Notes: a model not told the origin generated them from the sequence alone. Positions 6,587 to 17,428 are shown, counted from the stretch's first letter. The stretch: 64,000 nucleotides of DNA from a virus (IMGVR_UViG_2974574300_000001:1-64000); one strand, 5' to 3'. Made by a program: numbers and translations.

Positions 6587-6620
6587 GGGGAAACAAGATT
6601 TATTATTTGGAGAAAACATA

Positions 6621-6821
6621 ATGAGCGAGAACGTTTATAAAGAACTTTATGAAGCTAACAAGAAGTTAGAGTTTATGCAGAATACTATCATGGCAATTGC
6701 AGACAGATTATCTGTAGCAACAGGCATTGATATTAAAGAAGCATCTATGGATGCACTTCTTGATGCTGTTGATGCAAAGTTCGAAGTTAAGAAAGAAGAG
6801 ACTGCGACAGACTCTGAATAA
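6621..6821 (+). CDS. small hypothetical protein upstream of terminase
   Basis: 67 codon ORF with GGAG RBS; position directly before large terminase. Confidence 0.45.
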   Translation: MSENVYKELYEANKKLEFMQNTIMAIADRLSVATGIDIKEASMDALLDAVDAKFEVKKEETATDSE

Positions 6822-6842
6822 TTCTATTTGCGGAGGCGCTTA

Positions 6843-8444
6843 ATGGACTTAAATGCTGTTAAGCAGAAGCGAGTGGAAGATGTTAGGAAAGTCCTAGCTG
6901 GAGAGTTGGGGCTTTCTGATGAAGTAAAAGAAATTATCAAATCATTCGGTAAAGACCCCTCTAAATTCCTTCCAACTCAAATTCTGACTTTATTAAGATA
7001 CACACCAGACCAAGTTCGCCTTATCTTTAAATTGATGACTGATAAGAACTATGTAGCCCCTCAGCCGGGTTCTCAAGAGGTCTTTTTAAACACTAATGCT
7101 GACTTGGTTCTCTATGGTGGTGCTGCTGGTGCTGGTAAGACTGCTGCATTGTTAATGGACTCTTTAAGATTTATTGAAGACCCTAACTATAATGCTGTGT
7201 ATTTCCGTCGAAACACAACACAGTTACAAGGTGGTTTATGGCCTGCTGCAAAGAAACTATTTGGTAAGTTTGGTGGGATTCCTCACGAGCAGAAAATGAC
7301 TATCACATTCCCTTCTGGGGCGACTATCAAGTTTACCTATCTAGAACTTGAAAAGCACGCTGAAGGTCATCAGGGTATTGAATACTCAGCTATTTACTTT
7401 GACGAAGGTACACACTTCTCTGCTTCACAGATTTCATACCTACAAACCCGTCTACGTTCTGGTGCTGAAGGTGATTCATACATGAAGATTTCCATGAACC
7501 CAGACAGAGACCACTTTATTTATGATTGGGTAGAGCCATTCTTAGATGAAGGAGGTTATCCAGACCCTGAAAAGTGTGGTCGTATTCGTTGGTATGTAAT
7601 GAATGATGGTGTGATGGTTTCTGATTGGGAGAGAGACAAGATTCTTGAAATGTTCCCTCTTGAGATTCCTCAAACATACACCTTTATCTCTGGTACGATT
7701 GATGATAACCCAATCCTTGACTTCTTAGAACCAAAGTATCGCGGTAAGCTTGAAAACAACACCCCTGTAAACGTTGCAAGACTTCGTTTCGGTAACTGGA
7801 AGGCTCGTGCAGAAGGTTCAAACTATTGGCAAAGACAATGGTGTGAGATTGTTGATTCACTTCCAGAAGATGTATTCGATGTTAGAGCATGGGACTTAGC
7901 AGCAACTTTACCATCTGAGATTAACCCTAATCCAGACTGGACAGCGGGTGTTAAGATGGGTAAATCTAAAAAAGACGGTTGCTATTATATCATTGATGTA
8001 GTAAGATTTAGAGATAGACCCTCTGGAGTCGAAACACAAATTAATTTGACTGCTGAAAGTGACGGTAAGCGAACTGGTATTTTTATCCCTCAAGACCCAG
8101 GCGCTGCTGGTAAATCCTACGCAACATCCCTCATCAGGAAACTTGCCGAGAAAGGCTATCGTGCAAGAGCTAAACCAACAAATAAAGATAAAGTTACCCG
8201 ATTTGCGGGGTTTTCTTCTGCTTCTGAAGCTGGACTTGTAAAAGTTTTGAGAGGTAGTTGGAATGAAGCTTACTTTCAAGAACTTGAAGGCTTTTGTGGT
8301 GATGGTAAAACTAAAGATGACCAAGTGGATGCTACCAGTGATGCTTTCAACAGTCTTAACGAAGTTAAATTATTCAAGCCACCATCAATGGGTGCTCACA
8401 CAGACTTAGTGAGAGGAAATCCATATGAGGGGCTTAGACGTTGA
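6843..8444 (+). CDS. terminase large subunit
   Basis: Walker A-like VLYGGAAGAGKTAAL near N-terminus, acidic nuclease-type motifs in C-terminal half; GGAGG RBS before ATG 6843. Confidence 0.85.
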   Translation: MDLNAVKQKRVEDVRKVLAGELGLSDEVKEIIKSFGKDPSKFLPTQILTLLRYTPDQVRLIFKLMTDKNYVAPQPGSQEVFLNTNADLVLYGGAAGAGKTAALLMDSLRFIEDPNYNAVYFRRNTTQLQGGLWPAAKKLFGKFGGIPHEQKMTITFPSGATIKFTYLELEKHAEGHQGIEYSAIYFDEGTHFSASQISYLQTRLRSGAEGDSYMKISMNPDRDHFIYDWVEPFLDEGGYPDPEKCGRIRWYVMNDGVMVSDWERDKILEMFPLEIPQTYTFISGTIDDNPILDFLEPKYRGKLENNTPVNVARLRFGNWKARAEGSNYWQRQWCEIVDSLPEDVFDVRAWDLAATLPSEINPNPDWTAGVKMGKSKKDGCYYIIDVVRFRDRPSGVETQINLTAESDGKRTGIFIPQDPGAAGKSYATSLIRKLAEKGYRARAKPTNKDKVTRFAGFSSASEAGLVKVLRGSWNEAYFQELEGFCGDGKTKDDQVDATSDAFNSLNEVKLFKPPSMGAHTDLVRGNPYEGLRR

Positions 8445-8460
8445 TAGCTAGGTGAGAAGA

Positions 8461-9927
8461 ATGGCAGATATTACAGAAACACAAGAAAGCTTACCACCAT
8501 TTAGAATGGGTGAAGTAGGTTCTTTGGGTCTGAAGGTTAAGAATGGAAGAATCTATGAAGAACCTCGTCAGGCACTAAGGTTCCCTGAAAGTATTAAAAC
8601 TTTCCAATTAATGATGCGTGACCCTGCTGTAGCAGCATCTGTAAATATTATTAAGATGTTTGTCAGAAAAGTCAACTGGAGATTCGTACCTCCAAAGGGA
8701 AAAGAGCAAGACCCTAAAATGCTTGAAAGAGCAGACTTCTTTAATTCTTTAATGGATGACATGGAGCATGATTGGGCAGATTTTATTAATTCTGTAATGT
8801 CATTCTGCACTTATGGGTTCTGTGTTAACGAAAAAGTTTATAAGAAGCGTCAGGGTAAGAAAGGGAAGTACCAATCAAAATTTGATGATGGTTTAATCGG
8901 ATGGGCTAAATTGCCAATCAGAAACCAGTCAACGCTTGATAAGTGGTACTTTGACGAAGACTTTAGAAAAGTTACTGGTGTTAGACAGAATCTGAGAAAT
9001 GTTTCACATATTGCTGGAGCAATTAATCTCGGAGAAAGACCACTAACAAGAAAACTTCCACGAGCTAAATTCATGCTGTTTAAGTATGACGATGAATATG
9101 GAAACCCAGAAGGTCGTTCACCATTACTTAATGCTTATGTACCGTGGAAGTATAAAGTTCAGATTGAAGAATATGAAGCTGTTGGTGTTTCAAGAGACTT
9201 GGTGGGTATGCCAAAGATTGGTTTACCACCAGATTATCTGGATGAAAATGCAGAACCTGAAAAGAAAGCTTTCGTACAATACTGCAAAACTGTTGTCAAT
9301 GACATGATTGCTAATGACAGAGCAGGTTTAATCTGGCCTAGATATATTGACCCAGACACTAAAGAGGATATTTTTGAGTTCTCATTAGTCTCTAGACAGG
9401 GTGCTAAAGCATACGATACAGGTTCTATTATTGATAGATATTCCAAGCAGATTATGATGGCATTTATGTCAGATGTTCTTGCTATGGGTCAGTCAAAATA
9501 CGGTTCATTCTCTCTTGCAGATTCTAAGACAAGCTTACTAGCGATGTCGGTAGATATTCTGCTGAAGCAAATTAAGAACGTAATTAACCGTGATTTAGTT
9601 GCACAGACTTATGCTCTTAATATGTGGGATGATGAAGAACATGTACAAATCACATATGATGATATCGAAACTCCAGACCTTGAAGCAATTGGTTCTTATA
9701 TTCAGAAGACTGTTGCAGTAGGTGCTTTGGAAGTTGACAAAGAGCTATCTAACAAGCTTAGAGAGCATATTGGTCTTCCTCCTGCTGATGAGTCTCAGCC
9801 AGTATCTGAAAAGCTTTCTCCAAATAGCCAAAGCCGTTCAGGAGATGGCTATAAGACTGCTGGAGAAGGTACTGCAAAGACACCTTCAGCGAAAGACCCA
9901 AGCACAGCAAATAAGGCAAATAAATAA
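8461..9927 (+). CDS. portal protein (putative)
   Basis: about 490 aa ORF immediately after large terminase, acidic/Ser-rich C-terminus; assignment by gene order. Confidence 0.55.
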   Translation: MADITETQESLPPFRMGEVGSLGLKVKNGRIYEEPRQALRFPESIKTFQLMMRDPAVAASVNIIKMFVRKVNWRFVPPKGKEQDPKMLERADFFNSLMDDMEHDWADFINSVMSFCTYGFCVNEKVYKKRQGKKGKYQSKFDDGLIGWAKLPIRNQSTLDKWYFDEDFRKVTGVRQNLRNVSHIAGAINLGERPLTRKLPRAKFMLFKYDDEYGNPEGRSPLLNAYVPWKYKVQIEEYEAVGVSRDLVGMPKIGLPPDYLDENAEPEKKAFVQYCKTVVNDMIANDRAGLIWPRYIDPDTKEDIFEFSLVSRQGAKAYDTGSIIDRYSKQIMMAFMSDVLAMGQSKYGSFSLADSKTSLLAMSVDILLKQIKNVINRDLVAQTYALNMWDDEEHVQITYDDIETPDLEAIGSYIQKTVAVGALEVDKELSNKLREHIGLPPADESQPVSEKLSPNSQSRSGDGYKTAGEGTAKTPSAKDPSTANKANK

Positions 9928-10427
9928 TGGCTGAAGTTATCTCTATTTCAAATGCTACACGAGTGCATTCGTATAGAGGTGTTCTTATTATCACTGACAA
10001 ATTATCTGTAGAGGCTGGCTCAAGGGTCAGCCTTTCAGGTTATGTAAGTGATGGTGGAACCTCTGACGTTTTCACTATTTGCAGGTTACTTGATGCACCA
10101 ATGAGTGGAAAACCGTTTATTTCAGGAAATTGTAGTGAAATTGTTAAAATTCCATTTGACAGTTCATGCCTTTTGGGTGTAAAGTTATATAACTGCGAGA
10201 ATAAACGTATCAATGTTAATAGCATTGAAGCCGCTTTCATTACCCTCGACACTGCATTTCAATCTCCAATGACAGTTAATAAAGAAACAAACAGACTTGA
10301 ATACATTTTTTCACAAAATGATTACAAAGTACTTGTCAAAGGCAAAGTATATGATATGATTGTAAATGTGGTAGATGAATCTGGTAACCATTCAACAGTC
10401 CTTAAACAAAAAGTAAGGTTTAATTAA
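9927..10427 (+). CDS. hypothetical head-associated protein
   Basis: ORF in head module, start overlaps portal stop. Confidence 0.45.
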   Translation: MAEVISISNATRVHSYRGVLIITDKLSVEAGSRVSLSGYVSDGGTSDVFTICRLLDAPMSGKPFISGNCSEIVKIPFDSSCLLGVKLYNCENKRINVNSIEAAFITLDTAFQSPMTVNKETNRLEYIFSQNDYKVLVKGKVYDMIVNVVDESGNHSTVLKQKVRFN

Positions 10428-10759
10428 TGGGAACATTAACTATTGATGGTAAGAACAAAATCCTCGCCACGCTAACCCCAACGACTATTATTTTACACAA
10501 TGTAGACCCAACGGCAGACCCTACAGCAAATAAGGTTACTCAGCCAGTGGCTATTTATTTTTCTGAACCGGATAATGGCTTAATTGCCTCAGAAGACACA
10601 GTTAACATTACTGTTCCAGCTTCTGCAACGGTCTCACACTATAGCTTGTGGGATGCTAACGATAAATGCGTGGCAACTGGTGCTCTTAGCAAACCTCAAT
10701 TCTTTGCTGAAGAAGGTATCTATGTTATCTCTTCAGTCTCTGTAGATTTAAACAAATAG
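10427..10759 (+). CDS. hypothetical protein
   Basis: ORF with start overlapping upstream stop. Confidence 0.45.
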   Translation: MGTLTIDGKNKILATLTPTTIILHNVDPTADPTANKVTQPVAIYFSEPDNGLIASEDTVNITVPASATVSHYSLWDANDKCVATGALSKPQFFAEEGIYVISSVSVDLNK

Positions 10760-10770
10760 GGTGAGTAAAA

Positions 10771-12117
10771 ATGAGTTCGAATATCTTCAGACTTGCTGAT
10801 AGATTATTCAACCAACCTTTACTAGCCACTGAATCATTAGCTCACTCAGCAGCAACTTATGTGAATAACAGATTGCTGGGTGATGTCCAAGCAGCAGTAA
10901 ACTTTGATAAACCCAAAGGTGAAGCAAGAAGTCTTTTAAAAGTAAAAGATGACATTGCTATTATCCCTATTATGGGTGGTTTAACCCATCGTATGACATT
11001 CATTGATGCAATGTGTACAGGTGGATTAAGCTCTTATGAGGGTTTACGTAGAGGCTTTGACGAAGCTTTAGCAGATGAGTCAATTAAGACTATTGTTCTG
11101 CACATCGATTCTGGTGGTGGTGAAGCTTCAGGTTGCTTTGAATTAGCACGTCACATTATGGCTTCAAGAGGCCAAAAGAAAATTATTGCTTATGTAGATG
11201 AGTTCGCTTGTTCCGCTGCATACGCTCTTGCATCTTCTGCTGAAGAAATTATTGCATCACCAGATGCAGATGTTGGTTCTATTGGTGTAATTATGGTTCA
11301 TCAGGAATTAACTAAAGCATTTGAAAAGAATGGCGTAACAATTAACGTCATCAAAGCTGGTGAGTTTAAAGGTATGGGTTCACCATTCCAAGCACTTTCA
11401 GAAGAAAGCAAAGAAAGACTTCAAAAGAGAATTAATGATACCTACGCAACCTTTACAGGTTTTGTAGCTGAATCTCGTAATCTCTCTGAAGAAGCTGTAA
11501 AGAATACTGAGGCGAATGTTTATTCTGCTCAGGAAGCTCTTGAACTTGGTTTAATTAACTCAATCATGTCTCAAGATGATTTCTTAAATTACTTACAAGG
11601 TTCTGAAGAGGCTCCTGTAAGTTTAAACGTTAACAATTCAGGTGAAGAAATGACTGAACAAGAAAAGCAAGAACTAGAAGCTTTGCGTCTTCAGGTTGCT
11701 CAAATGAAAGCTAAAGAACAGGAAGCTGCTTTGTCAGATTTGACTAATAAGATTTCTGCTTCTGCTGAAGCTTTTGGATTTGATGCAAAAGAAGCTGCAA
11801 CGACTATTTTAGGTGCTGGTCTTGATAACCCTCTGAGTGTTCTGTTTATGAATGCTATGGAAGGTGCTAACCAGAAACTTAATGAAACTATCGCGTCCCA
11901 TGCTTCTGCAATGGAAGAAAAAGAATCAGAAATTACCAAGCTGAAAGAAACTGCTGGTGCTGTTCTTGAACATTCCAATGCTATGGAAGAAGTGGGTAAT
12001 GACGGCGAAGCTGATTTGGTTGAAGAAGAAAAAGAACCAGCTAAGAATGCTTCCGAAGACACCGCTGAACAACGCAAACTGGCTCTCCAGAATGCTCTAA
12101 AATCTCTTATCAAATAA
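10771..12117 (+). CDS. prohead protease (S49/SppA-like) fused to scaffold-like coiled-coil domain
   Basis: IDSGGGEASG and CSAAYALASSAEEIIASPDADVGSIGV resemble S49 serine peptidase core; C-terminal Ala/Glu/Lys-rich helical region. Confidence 0.7.
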   Translation: MSSNIFRLADRLFNQPLLATESLAHSAATYVNNRLLGDVQAAVNFDKPKGEARSLLKVKDDIAIIPIMGGLTHRMTFIDAMCTGGLSSYEGLRRGFDEALADESIKTIVLHIDSGGGEASGCFELARHIMASRGQKKIIAYVDEFACSAAYALASSAEEIIASPDADVGSIGVIMVHQELTKAFEKNGVTINVIKAGEFKGMGSPFQALSEESKERLQKRINDTYATFTGFVAESRNLSEEAVKNTEANVYSAQEALELGLINSIMSQDDFLNYLQGSEEAPVSLNVNNSGEEMTEQEKQELEALRLQVAQMKAKEQEAALSDLTNKISASAEAFGFDAKEAATTILGAGLDNPLSVLFMNAMEGANQKLNETIASHASAMEEKESEITKLKETAGAVLEHSNAMEEVGNDGEADLVEEEKEPAKNASEDTAEQRKLALQNALKSLIK

Positions 12118-12128
12118 GGAACACAATA

Positions 12129-12506
12129 ATGGCATATCAAGGTTTTACTAAGTTAGGTAACAGAGAACCTCTGAATGATATCATTCTTTGGGAACAGGTT
12201 ACCCCAACAGGTCACTCTCGCAAAGAGTACACTCCGGTTGCTTCAACAGAATACCGTGTAGGTGAAGTTCTGAAAGCAGATGGTACTAAGGTTACAGCAG
12301 GGCAAGAAGCTCAGGCTGATTCAGTATGTATCGTTAACTTTTATGCAGACCTGCAACTGTCTTATCATGGTCAGTTGAAAGTTGTTGGTATCCACCGTGA
12401 TGCAGAACTGAAAGACATGCTGACTCTTGAATCAAGCGTTGATGCTGATGCAGTCAAGGCAGCTCTAGCCGCTAAAGGTATTGATTTCGTACCAACTGGC
12501 CTGTAA
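12129..12506 (+). CDS. hypothetical head protein (possible decoration protein)
   Basis: 125 aa ORF between protease and capsid genes, AAGGA RBS. Confidence 0.45.
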   Translation: MAYQGFTKLGNREPLNDIILWEQVTPTGHSRKEYTPVASTEYRVGEVLKADGTKVTAGQEAQADSVCIVNFYADLQLSYHGQLKVVGIHRDAELKDMLTLESSVDADAVKAALAAKGIDFVPTGL

Positions 12507-12539
12507 TAACAATAATAAGACATTCTGGAGAATTTTACA

Positions 12540-13616
12540 ATGTTGACTAATTCTGAAAAAAGCAGATTTTTCCTTGCTGACCTGACTGGTGAAGTCCAGT
12601 CTATCCCAAATACTTATGGGTATATTTCCAACTTAGGTCTGTTCCGTTCAGCACCAATCACCCAAACTACTTTCCTTATGGACTTGACTGATTGGGATGT
12701 TAGCTTGCTTGATGCGGTAGACCGTGATAGCCGTAAAGCAGAGACTAGCGCACCTGAGCGTGTTCGTCAAATCAGCTTCCCAATGATGTATTTCAAAGAA
12801 GTTGAAAGCATTACTCCTGATGAGATTCAGGGTGTACGTCAGCCAGGCACTGCAAACGAACTGACTACTGAAGCTGTAGTACGTGCTAAGAAGCTGATGA
12901 AGATTCGTACCAAGTTCGATATTACTCGTGAGTTCCTGTTTATGCAAGCTCTGAAGGGTAAAGTTGTCGATGCTCGTGGTACTCTGTACGCTGACCTGTA
13001 CAAGCAGTTCGACGTTGAGAAGAAGACTGTTTACTTCGACCTTGACAATCCTAATGCTGACATCGACGCTTCTATCGAAGAACTGCGTATGCACATGGAA
13101 GACGAAGCTAAGACTGGCACTGTAATCAACGGTGAAGAAATTCACGTAGTTGTTGACCGTGTATTCTTCAGCAAACTGGTTAAGCATCCTAAGATTCGTG
13201 ACGCTTATCTTGCACAGCAGACTCCACTGGCTTGGCAACAGATTACTGGTTCTCTGAGAACTGGTGGTACTGACGGCGTTCAGGCTCATATGAACACCTT
13301 CTACTACGGTGGTGTTAAGTTTGTCCAGTACAACGGTAAGTTCAAAGACAAGCGTGGTAAGGTTCACACTCTGGTGAGCATTGATAGTGTAGCAGCAACT
13401 GTTGGTGTTGGTCATGCCTTCCCTAACGTATCTATGCTGGGTGAAGCTAACAACATCTTCGAAGTGGCATATGGCCCATGTCCTAAGATGGGTTACGCAA
13501 ATACACTTGGTCAGGAACTGTACGTATTCGAATACGAAAAGACCGTGACGAAGGTATTGACTTCGAAGCTCACTCTTACATGCTGCCATACTGCACTCGT
13601 CCTCAGTTGCTGGTAG
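12540..13616 (+). CDS. major capsid protein (putative)
   Basis: 358 aa ORF after protease/scaffold, strong RBS, high codon-usage regularity; assignment by position. Confidence 0.6.
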   Translation: MLTNSEKSRFFLADLTGEVQSIPNTYGYISNLGLFRSAPITQTTFLMDLTDWDVSLLDAVDRDSRKAETSAPERVRQISFPMMYFKEVESITPDEIQGVRQPGTANELTTEAVVRAKKLMKIRTKFDITREFLFMQALKGKVVDARGTLYADLYKQFDVEKKTVYFDLDNPNADIDASIEELRMHMEDEAKTGTVINGEEIHVVVDRVFFSKLVKHPKIRDAYLAQQTPLAWQQITGSLRTGGTDGVQAHMNTFYYGGVKFVQYNGKFKDKRGKVHTLVSIDSVAATVGVGHAFPNVSMLGEANNIFEVAYGPCPKMGYANTLGQELYVFEYEKTVTKVLTSKLTLTCCHTALVLSCW

Positions 13617-13661
13617 ATGTTCGCGCTGACGCTAAAGGTAGCTAATAAACTTAGGAGGGTT

Positions 13662-14114
13662 ATGAATGTGTTATACAGCGACCCAGCCAATAACCCTCTT
13701 GATAGAGTAAGAATCCTCTGCACAGACACTAATAATGATGAAATTCTTATTGAGCAGTCTGTGCTAGAGTGGTTCTATCTAGAATCTGGAAAGGATGAAA
13801 AGAAAGCAGCCATCAAAGCTCTTAAATATTTACTCTTTCAAGTAGCCAAGATGGGAGATGAGAAGGTTGGTGGTGTTTATTTACGTAACTCTTCCAGATT
13901 CAAGTCTCTGAAAGCTGTTTATGACGACCTTGTTAAAAGCTCTGTTTCAGGACTACCCTATGCAGGTGGTATTAATCAGTGTGATATTGACATGCGTCGT
14001 CAGAATCCTTGCTCTGTCAAGAAATACACAGAATATGGTGATGCTGCCAGATACGAAGGCAGAGATTACTGCAACCGTGTTAATGGCGTATTTATTATCG
14101 AGCGAGATGAATAA
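13662..14114 (+). CDS. hypothetical protein (head-tail region)
   Basis: ORF trimmed to ATG with AGGAGG RBS. Confidence 0.45.
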   Translation: MNVLYSDPANNPLDRVRILCTDTNNDEILIEQSVLEWFYLESGKDEKKAAIKALKYLLFQVAKMGDEKVGGVYLRNSSRFKSLKAVYDDLVKSSVSGLPYAGGINQCDIDMRRQNPCSVKKYTEYGDAARYEGRDYCNRVNGVFIIERDE

Positions 14115-14596
14115 TGGTTAAAAGGGTTATTCACCCCGCTAGAGCAAAATTAGTCGGGGCTATGAAGAACTTGCAAACGGCTAATGCTCAAGTTGGGTAT
14201 TTTCAAGAACAAGGTCAACATAGCTCTGGTTTTTCTTATCCTGCTTTAATGTATTTACAAGAAGTTATTGGTGTTCCTTCAGCTTCTGGTAAAGTATATC
14301 GTAGGTTGTTTGAAATCACTATGATGCTAAACAAACAGGCCTTGTTAGAGCAGACTAAGAAGAATCTATATAAGCAACTTAGCAGTCTCAACACAGACCC
14401 TTCAAATACCTTAGAAGCATTTGCAAAGAATGCTCAAAAGGCAATTAAAAGGGGCTTTGGTAATTCTGCTATCCTCCCTCCTAACGCACCTTCCACAGTC
14501 AAGAAAAAAGGCTTTAATGCACCTCTTGTTGAGACAGGTGACTTAAGAGATAACCTTGCTTATAAAATTTCTACTAAGAAGGGTATTAAGAAATGA
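14114..14596 (+). CDS. hypothetical protein (head-tail connector region)
   Basis: ORF, translationally coupled. Confidence 0.45.
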   Translation: MVKRVIHPARAKLVGAMKNLQTANAQVGYFQEQGQHSSGFSYPALMYLQEVIGVPSASGKVYRRLFEITMMLNKQALLEQTKKNLYKQLSSLNTDPSNTLEAFAKNAQKAIKRGFGNSAILPPNAPSTVKKKGFNAPLVETGDLRDNLAYKISTKKGIKK

Positions 14597-14994
14597 GACT
14601 CTTAAACAGACACAGCTTTGTAGTAAAGCGTAAAGTCTCTGAAGACGGTTATTACAATGATGATGGTGATTGGGTAGCTTCACAAGATATTGTAGAGGTT
14701 AACTGTAAAGGTAATATCCAGCCATATATCAAAGGTTCTGTAAAGAATGGTACACAGATTGCTTTACCGGAAGGTATCAGACTTACCGATACAAGAATCC
14801 TGTATACTACATATAAACTTAGAACTTCAGATGATGTAGAGTGGAATGAGTCTGATATTGTTATGATTGATGGTCATGAGTATGAAGTATTTATGACTAT
14901 GGATTGGTCACAGCAATTAGCCCATACGTCCCATTATGAATATATCATTATTAGAAGGGATAAAATGAATGCAGTTAGAAACAGCAGAACTTGA
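14593..14994 (+). CDS. hypothetical protein (head-tail connector region)
   Basis: ORF overlapping upstream stop. Confidence 0.45.
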   Translation: MRLLNRHSFVVKRKVSEDGYYNDDGDWVASQDIVEVNCKGNIQPYIKGSVKNGTQIALPEGIRLTDTRILYTTYKLRTSDDVEWNESDIVMIDGHEYEVFMTMDWSQQLAHTSHYEYIIIRRDKMNAVRNSRT

Positions 14995-15568
14995 AAAAGG
15001 TCTAGTTAGAACCTTAGTGGATGTTATTGGTCACAGACTGGCTCGTGATAAAAATAATAGACCGAATGTAATTAGAGCTTACCCTTCTGATAACTCAAAT
15101 GACAAAGGTTTAAAACCTGACCAGCCATTTATTACCGTATACTGTCAAGATGCTGCAACACCTTATGGTTGGGTTCTTGATAAGTTTGTTGAGGATGATG
15201 TAGTTTGCTACAGAATTGCTTTTCAGATTCCAGTATTAATTACGGTGAATGGTAAAGGTGCTCACAGTATTATGCTTGAGCTTAAACAACGATTAGAGAT
15301 GAGTTCAGTCAGAGATTTAATCCTTGAAGAGACAGGAGCTACAGTACTAGACACTGGAGCTATCCCGAATGACTATACTTATCTCAATACAGATTTCGAA
15401 AATTCTGCGCCTCTTGTTGTAACTCTTGTAAAAAACTCAGTCCTGAAGGATGAACGTGGAAGTATTATTGAGCGTGTCATTGTTGATGGTGAGTTGGTTT
15501 ATGAAGAAGGACAAGAGCCACCAGAATATACTATCCATCTAGATGTAGACTCCAAAGGGGTAAAATAA
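14969..15568 (+). CDS. hypothetical protein (tail completion candidate)
   Basis: ORF preceding sheath-like gene. Confidence 0.4.
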   Translation: MQLETAELEKGLVRTLVDVIGHRLARDKNNRPNVIRAYPSDNSNDKGLKPDQPFITVYCQDAATPYGWVLDKFVEDDVVCYRIAFQIPVLITVNGKGAHSIMLELKQRLEMSSVRDLILEETGATVLDTGAIPNDYTYLNTDFENSAPLVVTLVKNSVLKDERGSIIERVIVDGELVYEEGQEPPEYTIHLDVDSKGVK

Positions 15569-16921
15569 ATGTGGAATCCAATTGTTAATGTAGATATTAC
15601 ATTGAACACCGCAGGAACTACAAGAGAAGGTTTTGGTTTGCCACTATTCTTAGCTTCAACAGATAACTTTGAAGAAAGAGTGCGTGGTTACACTTCCTTA
15701 ACTGAAGTTGCTGAAGATTTCGATGAAAATACTGCTGCATATAAAGCTGCTAAACAACTTTGGAGTCAGACTCCTAAAGTAACTCAGCTTTATATCGGTA
15801 GACGCGCTATGCAGTACACTGTATCAATTCCTGATGCCGTTACCGAAAGTACAGACTACTCAATTACTGTAGCTGCTGGCGGTGGAATTTCTCAACCATA
15901 CCAGTACACAGCACAAAGTTCAGACACTGCTGAGGTAGTGTTACAACAGTTTAAAACACAGATTGAAGCTGACCCAACAATCAAAGATAAGGTTTCTGTG
16001 AATGTAACTGGTAGCAATGGCTCTGCCACAATGATTATTACCAAAGCTGGTGATAATGACTTTGTGAAAGTAACAACCACAGCACAGACTGTATATATTG
16101 CAAGTACAACTGCCGATACAGCAGCAACTGCTCTGGCAGCCATTGAAGCTTATTCTACTGACTGGTATTTCATTGCAGCAGAAGACAGAACTCAACAGTT
16201 TGTCTTAGCAATGGCTTCTGAGATTCAGGCTCGCAAGAAAATCTTCTTTACAGCTAACTCCGATGTAACAGCCCTGCAAGGTACAGAATTAGCCAGTGCA
16301 AATGATGTTCCAGCACAGCTTGCTAAGAATATGTACACTCGTACAGTTTGCTTGTGGCATCACGCAGCAGCAGAAGATTACCCAGAGATGGCATACATTG
16401 CTTATGGTGCTCCATATGATGCAGGTTCAATTGCTTGGGGTAATACTCAGCTAACTGGTGTAGCAGCTTCTCTACAACCATCTAATCAGAGACCTCTGAC
16501 AAGTATTCAGAAGTCTGCTTTAGATGTACGTCACTGTAACTTTATTGACCTTGATGGTGGTGTTCCAGTGGTTCGTAGAGGGATTACTTCTGGTGGGGAA
16601 TGGATTGATATCGTCCGTGGTGTTGACTGGTTAGAATCAGACCTGAAAACTTCTCTGAGAGACTTGCTAATTAACCAGAAGGGTGGTAAGATTACTTATG
16701 ATGATACTGGTATTACCCGTATTCGTCAAGTCATTGAAACCTCTCTGCAAAGAGCAGTCAACAGAAACTTCCTGTCATCTTACACAGTTAATGTTCCTAA
16801 AGCCTCTCAAGTTGCTTTAGCAGACAAGAAAGCTCGTATCCTGAAAGATGTTACCTTCGCAGGTATCTTAGCAGGGGCTATCTTGGATGTTGACTTGAAA
16901 GGTACAGTGGCTTACGAATAA
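15569..16921 (+). CDS. tail sheath or major tail protein (putative)
   Basis: 450 aa ORF followed by 148 aa tube-like gene, chaperone pair and tape measure. Confidence 0.5.
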   Translation: MWNPIVNVDITLNTAGTTREGFGLPLFLASTDNFEERVRGYTSLTEVAEDFDENTAAYKAAKQLWSQTPKVTQLYIGRRAMQYTVSIPDAVTESTDYSITVAAGGGISQPYQYTAQSSDTAEVVLQQFKTQIEADPTIKDKVSVNVTGSNGSATMIITKAGDNDFVKVTTTAQTVYIASTTADTAATALAAIEAYSTDWYFIAAEDRTQQFVLAMASEIQARKKIFFTANSDVTALQGTELASANDVPAQLAKNMYTRTVCLWHHAAAEDYPEMAYIAYGAPYDAGSIAWGNTQLTGVAASLQPSNQRPLTSIQKSALDVRHCNFIDLDGGVPVVRRGITSGGEWIDIVRGVDWLESDLKTSLRDLLINQKGGKITYDDTGITRIRQVIETSLQRAVNRNFLSSYTVNVPKASQVALADKKARILKDVTFAGILAGAILDVDLKGTVAYE

Positions 16922-16936
16922 TAGAGGTAAATTGGA

Positions 16937-17383
16937 ATGGCTATGTATCAGCAATATTCCCCTAAAGACGTTGTATGTAGCTGGAATGGTATTGCCATTG
17001 AAGGCTTTGCCCCAGACTCATTCTTGCGTCTACAGAGAACATCACCACTTGTGACACCAGTTGTTGGTGCAGGTGGTCAGGTTGCTCTGACAAGAAATGC
17101 AGACAAGACAGGTACTATTGAGATTGAGCTAATGCAGACTTCTCTCTCTAACCAGATGCTTTCTGCAATTCAAGCTAAACAAGACAATATGGAACTTGAA
17201 GTAGATATCTCTTCTAACTTCGTAATCTACGACCCATCAGGCTCTGTTCTGGCAACTGGTATTAATGCTTGGTTGCAGGAGTTGCCACAGATTGAACTTG
17301 GTCGTGACCAGAACTCTAAAACTTGGATTTTTGGTTGTGAGAAGCTAGACTATACTTCTACAATTCCAGCGTCAAGTGTTTAA
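16937..17383 (+). CDS. tail tube protein (putative)
   Basis: 148 aa ORF after sheath candidate, followed by terminator. Confidence 0.5.
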   Translation: MAMYQQYSPKDVVCSWNGIAIEGFAPDSFLRLQRTSPLVTPVVGAGGQVALTRNADKTGTIEIELMQTSLSNQMLSAIQAKQDNMELEVDISSNFVIYDPSGSVLATGINAWLQELPQIELGRDQNSKTWIFGCEKLDYTSTIPASSV

Positions 17384-17395
17384 TAAATCCTATAA

Positions 17396-17428
17396 GGGGG
17401 AGACTTTAAAAGGTCTTCCCCTTTTTTG
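17396..17428 (+). terminator. rho-independent terminator
   Basis: GGGGGAGAC-TTTAAAAG-GTCTTCCCC hairpin followed by TTTTTTG. Confidence 0.7.

Noticed and set aside
7908-8324. Minus-strand 138 aa ORF inside the terminase gene
   Set aside because: Antisense to a conserved-motif gene; likely spurious.
12648-13589. 313 aa ORF on the minus strand, fully antisense to the major capsid gene
   Set aside because: Composition is the mirror of the plus-strand gene (Leu/Ser/Val-rich, no motifs, no RBS); the plus-strand ORF fits gene order and coupling.
13487-13645. Alternative -1 frame at the capsid gene 3' end ending ...RPQLLVDVRADAKGS, considered as a T7 10B-like frameshift extension
   Set aside because: No slippery heptamer in the overlap and the alternative frame contains an Arg-rich stretch that looks non-coding.
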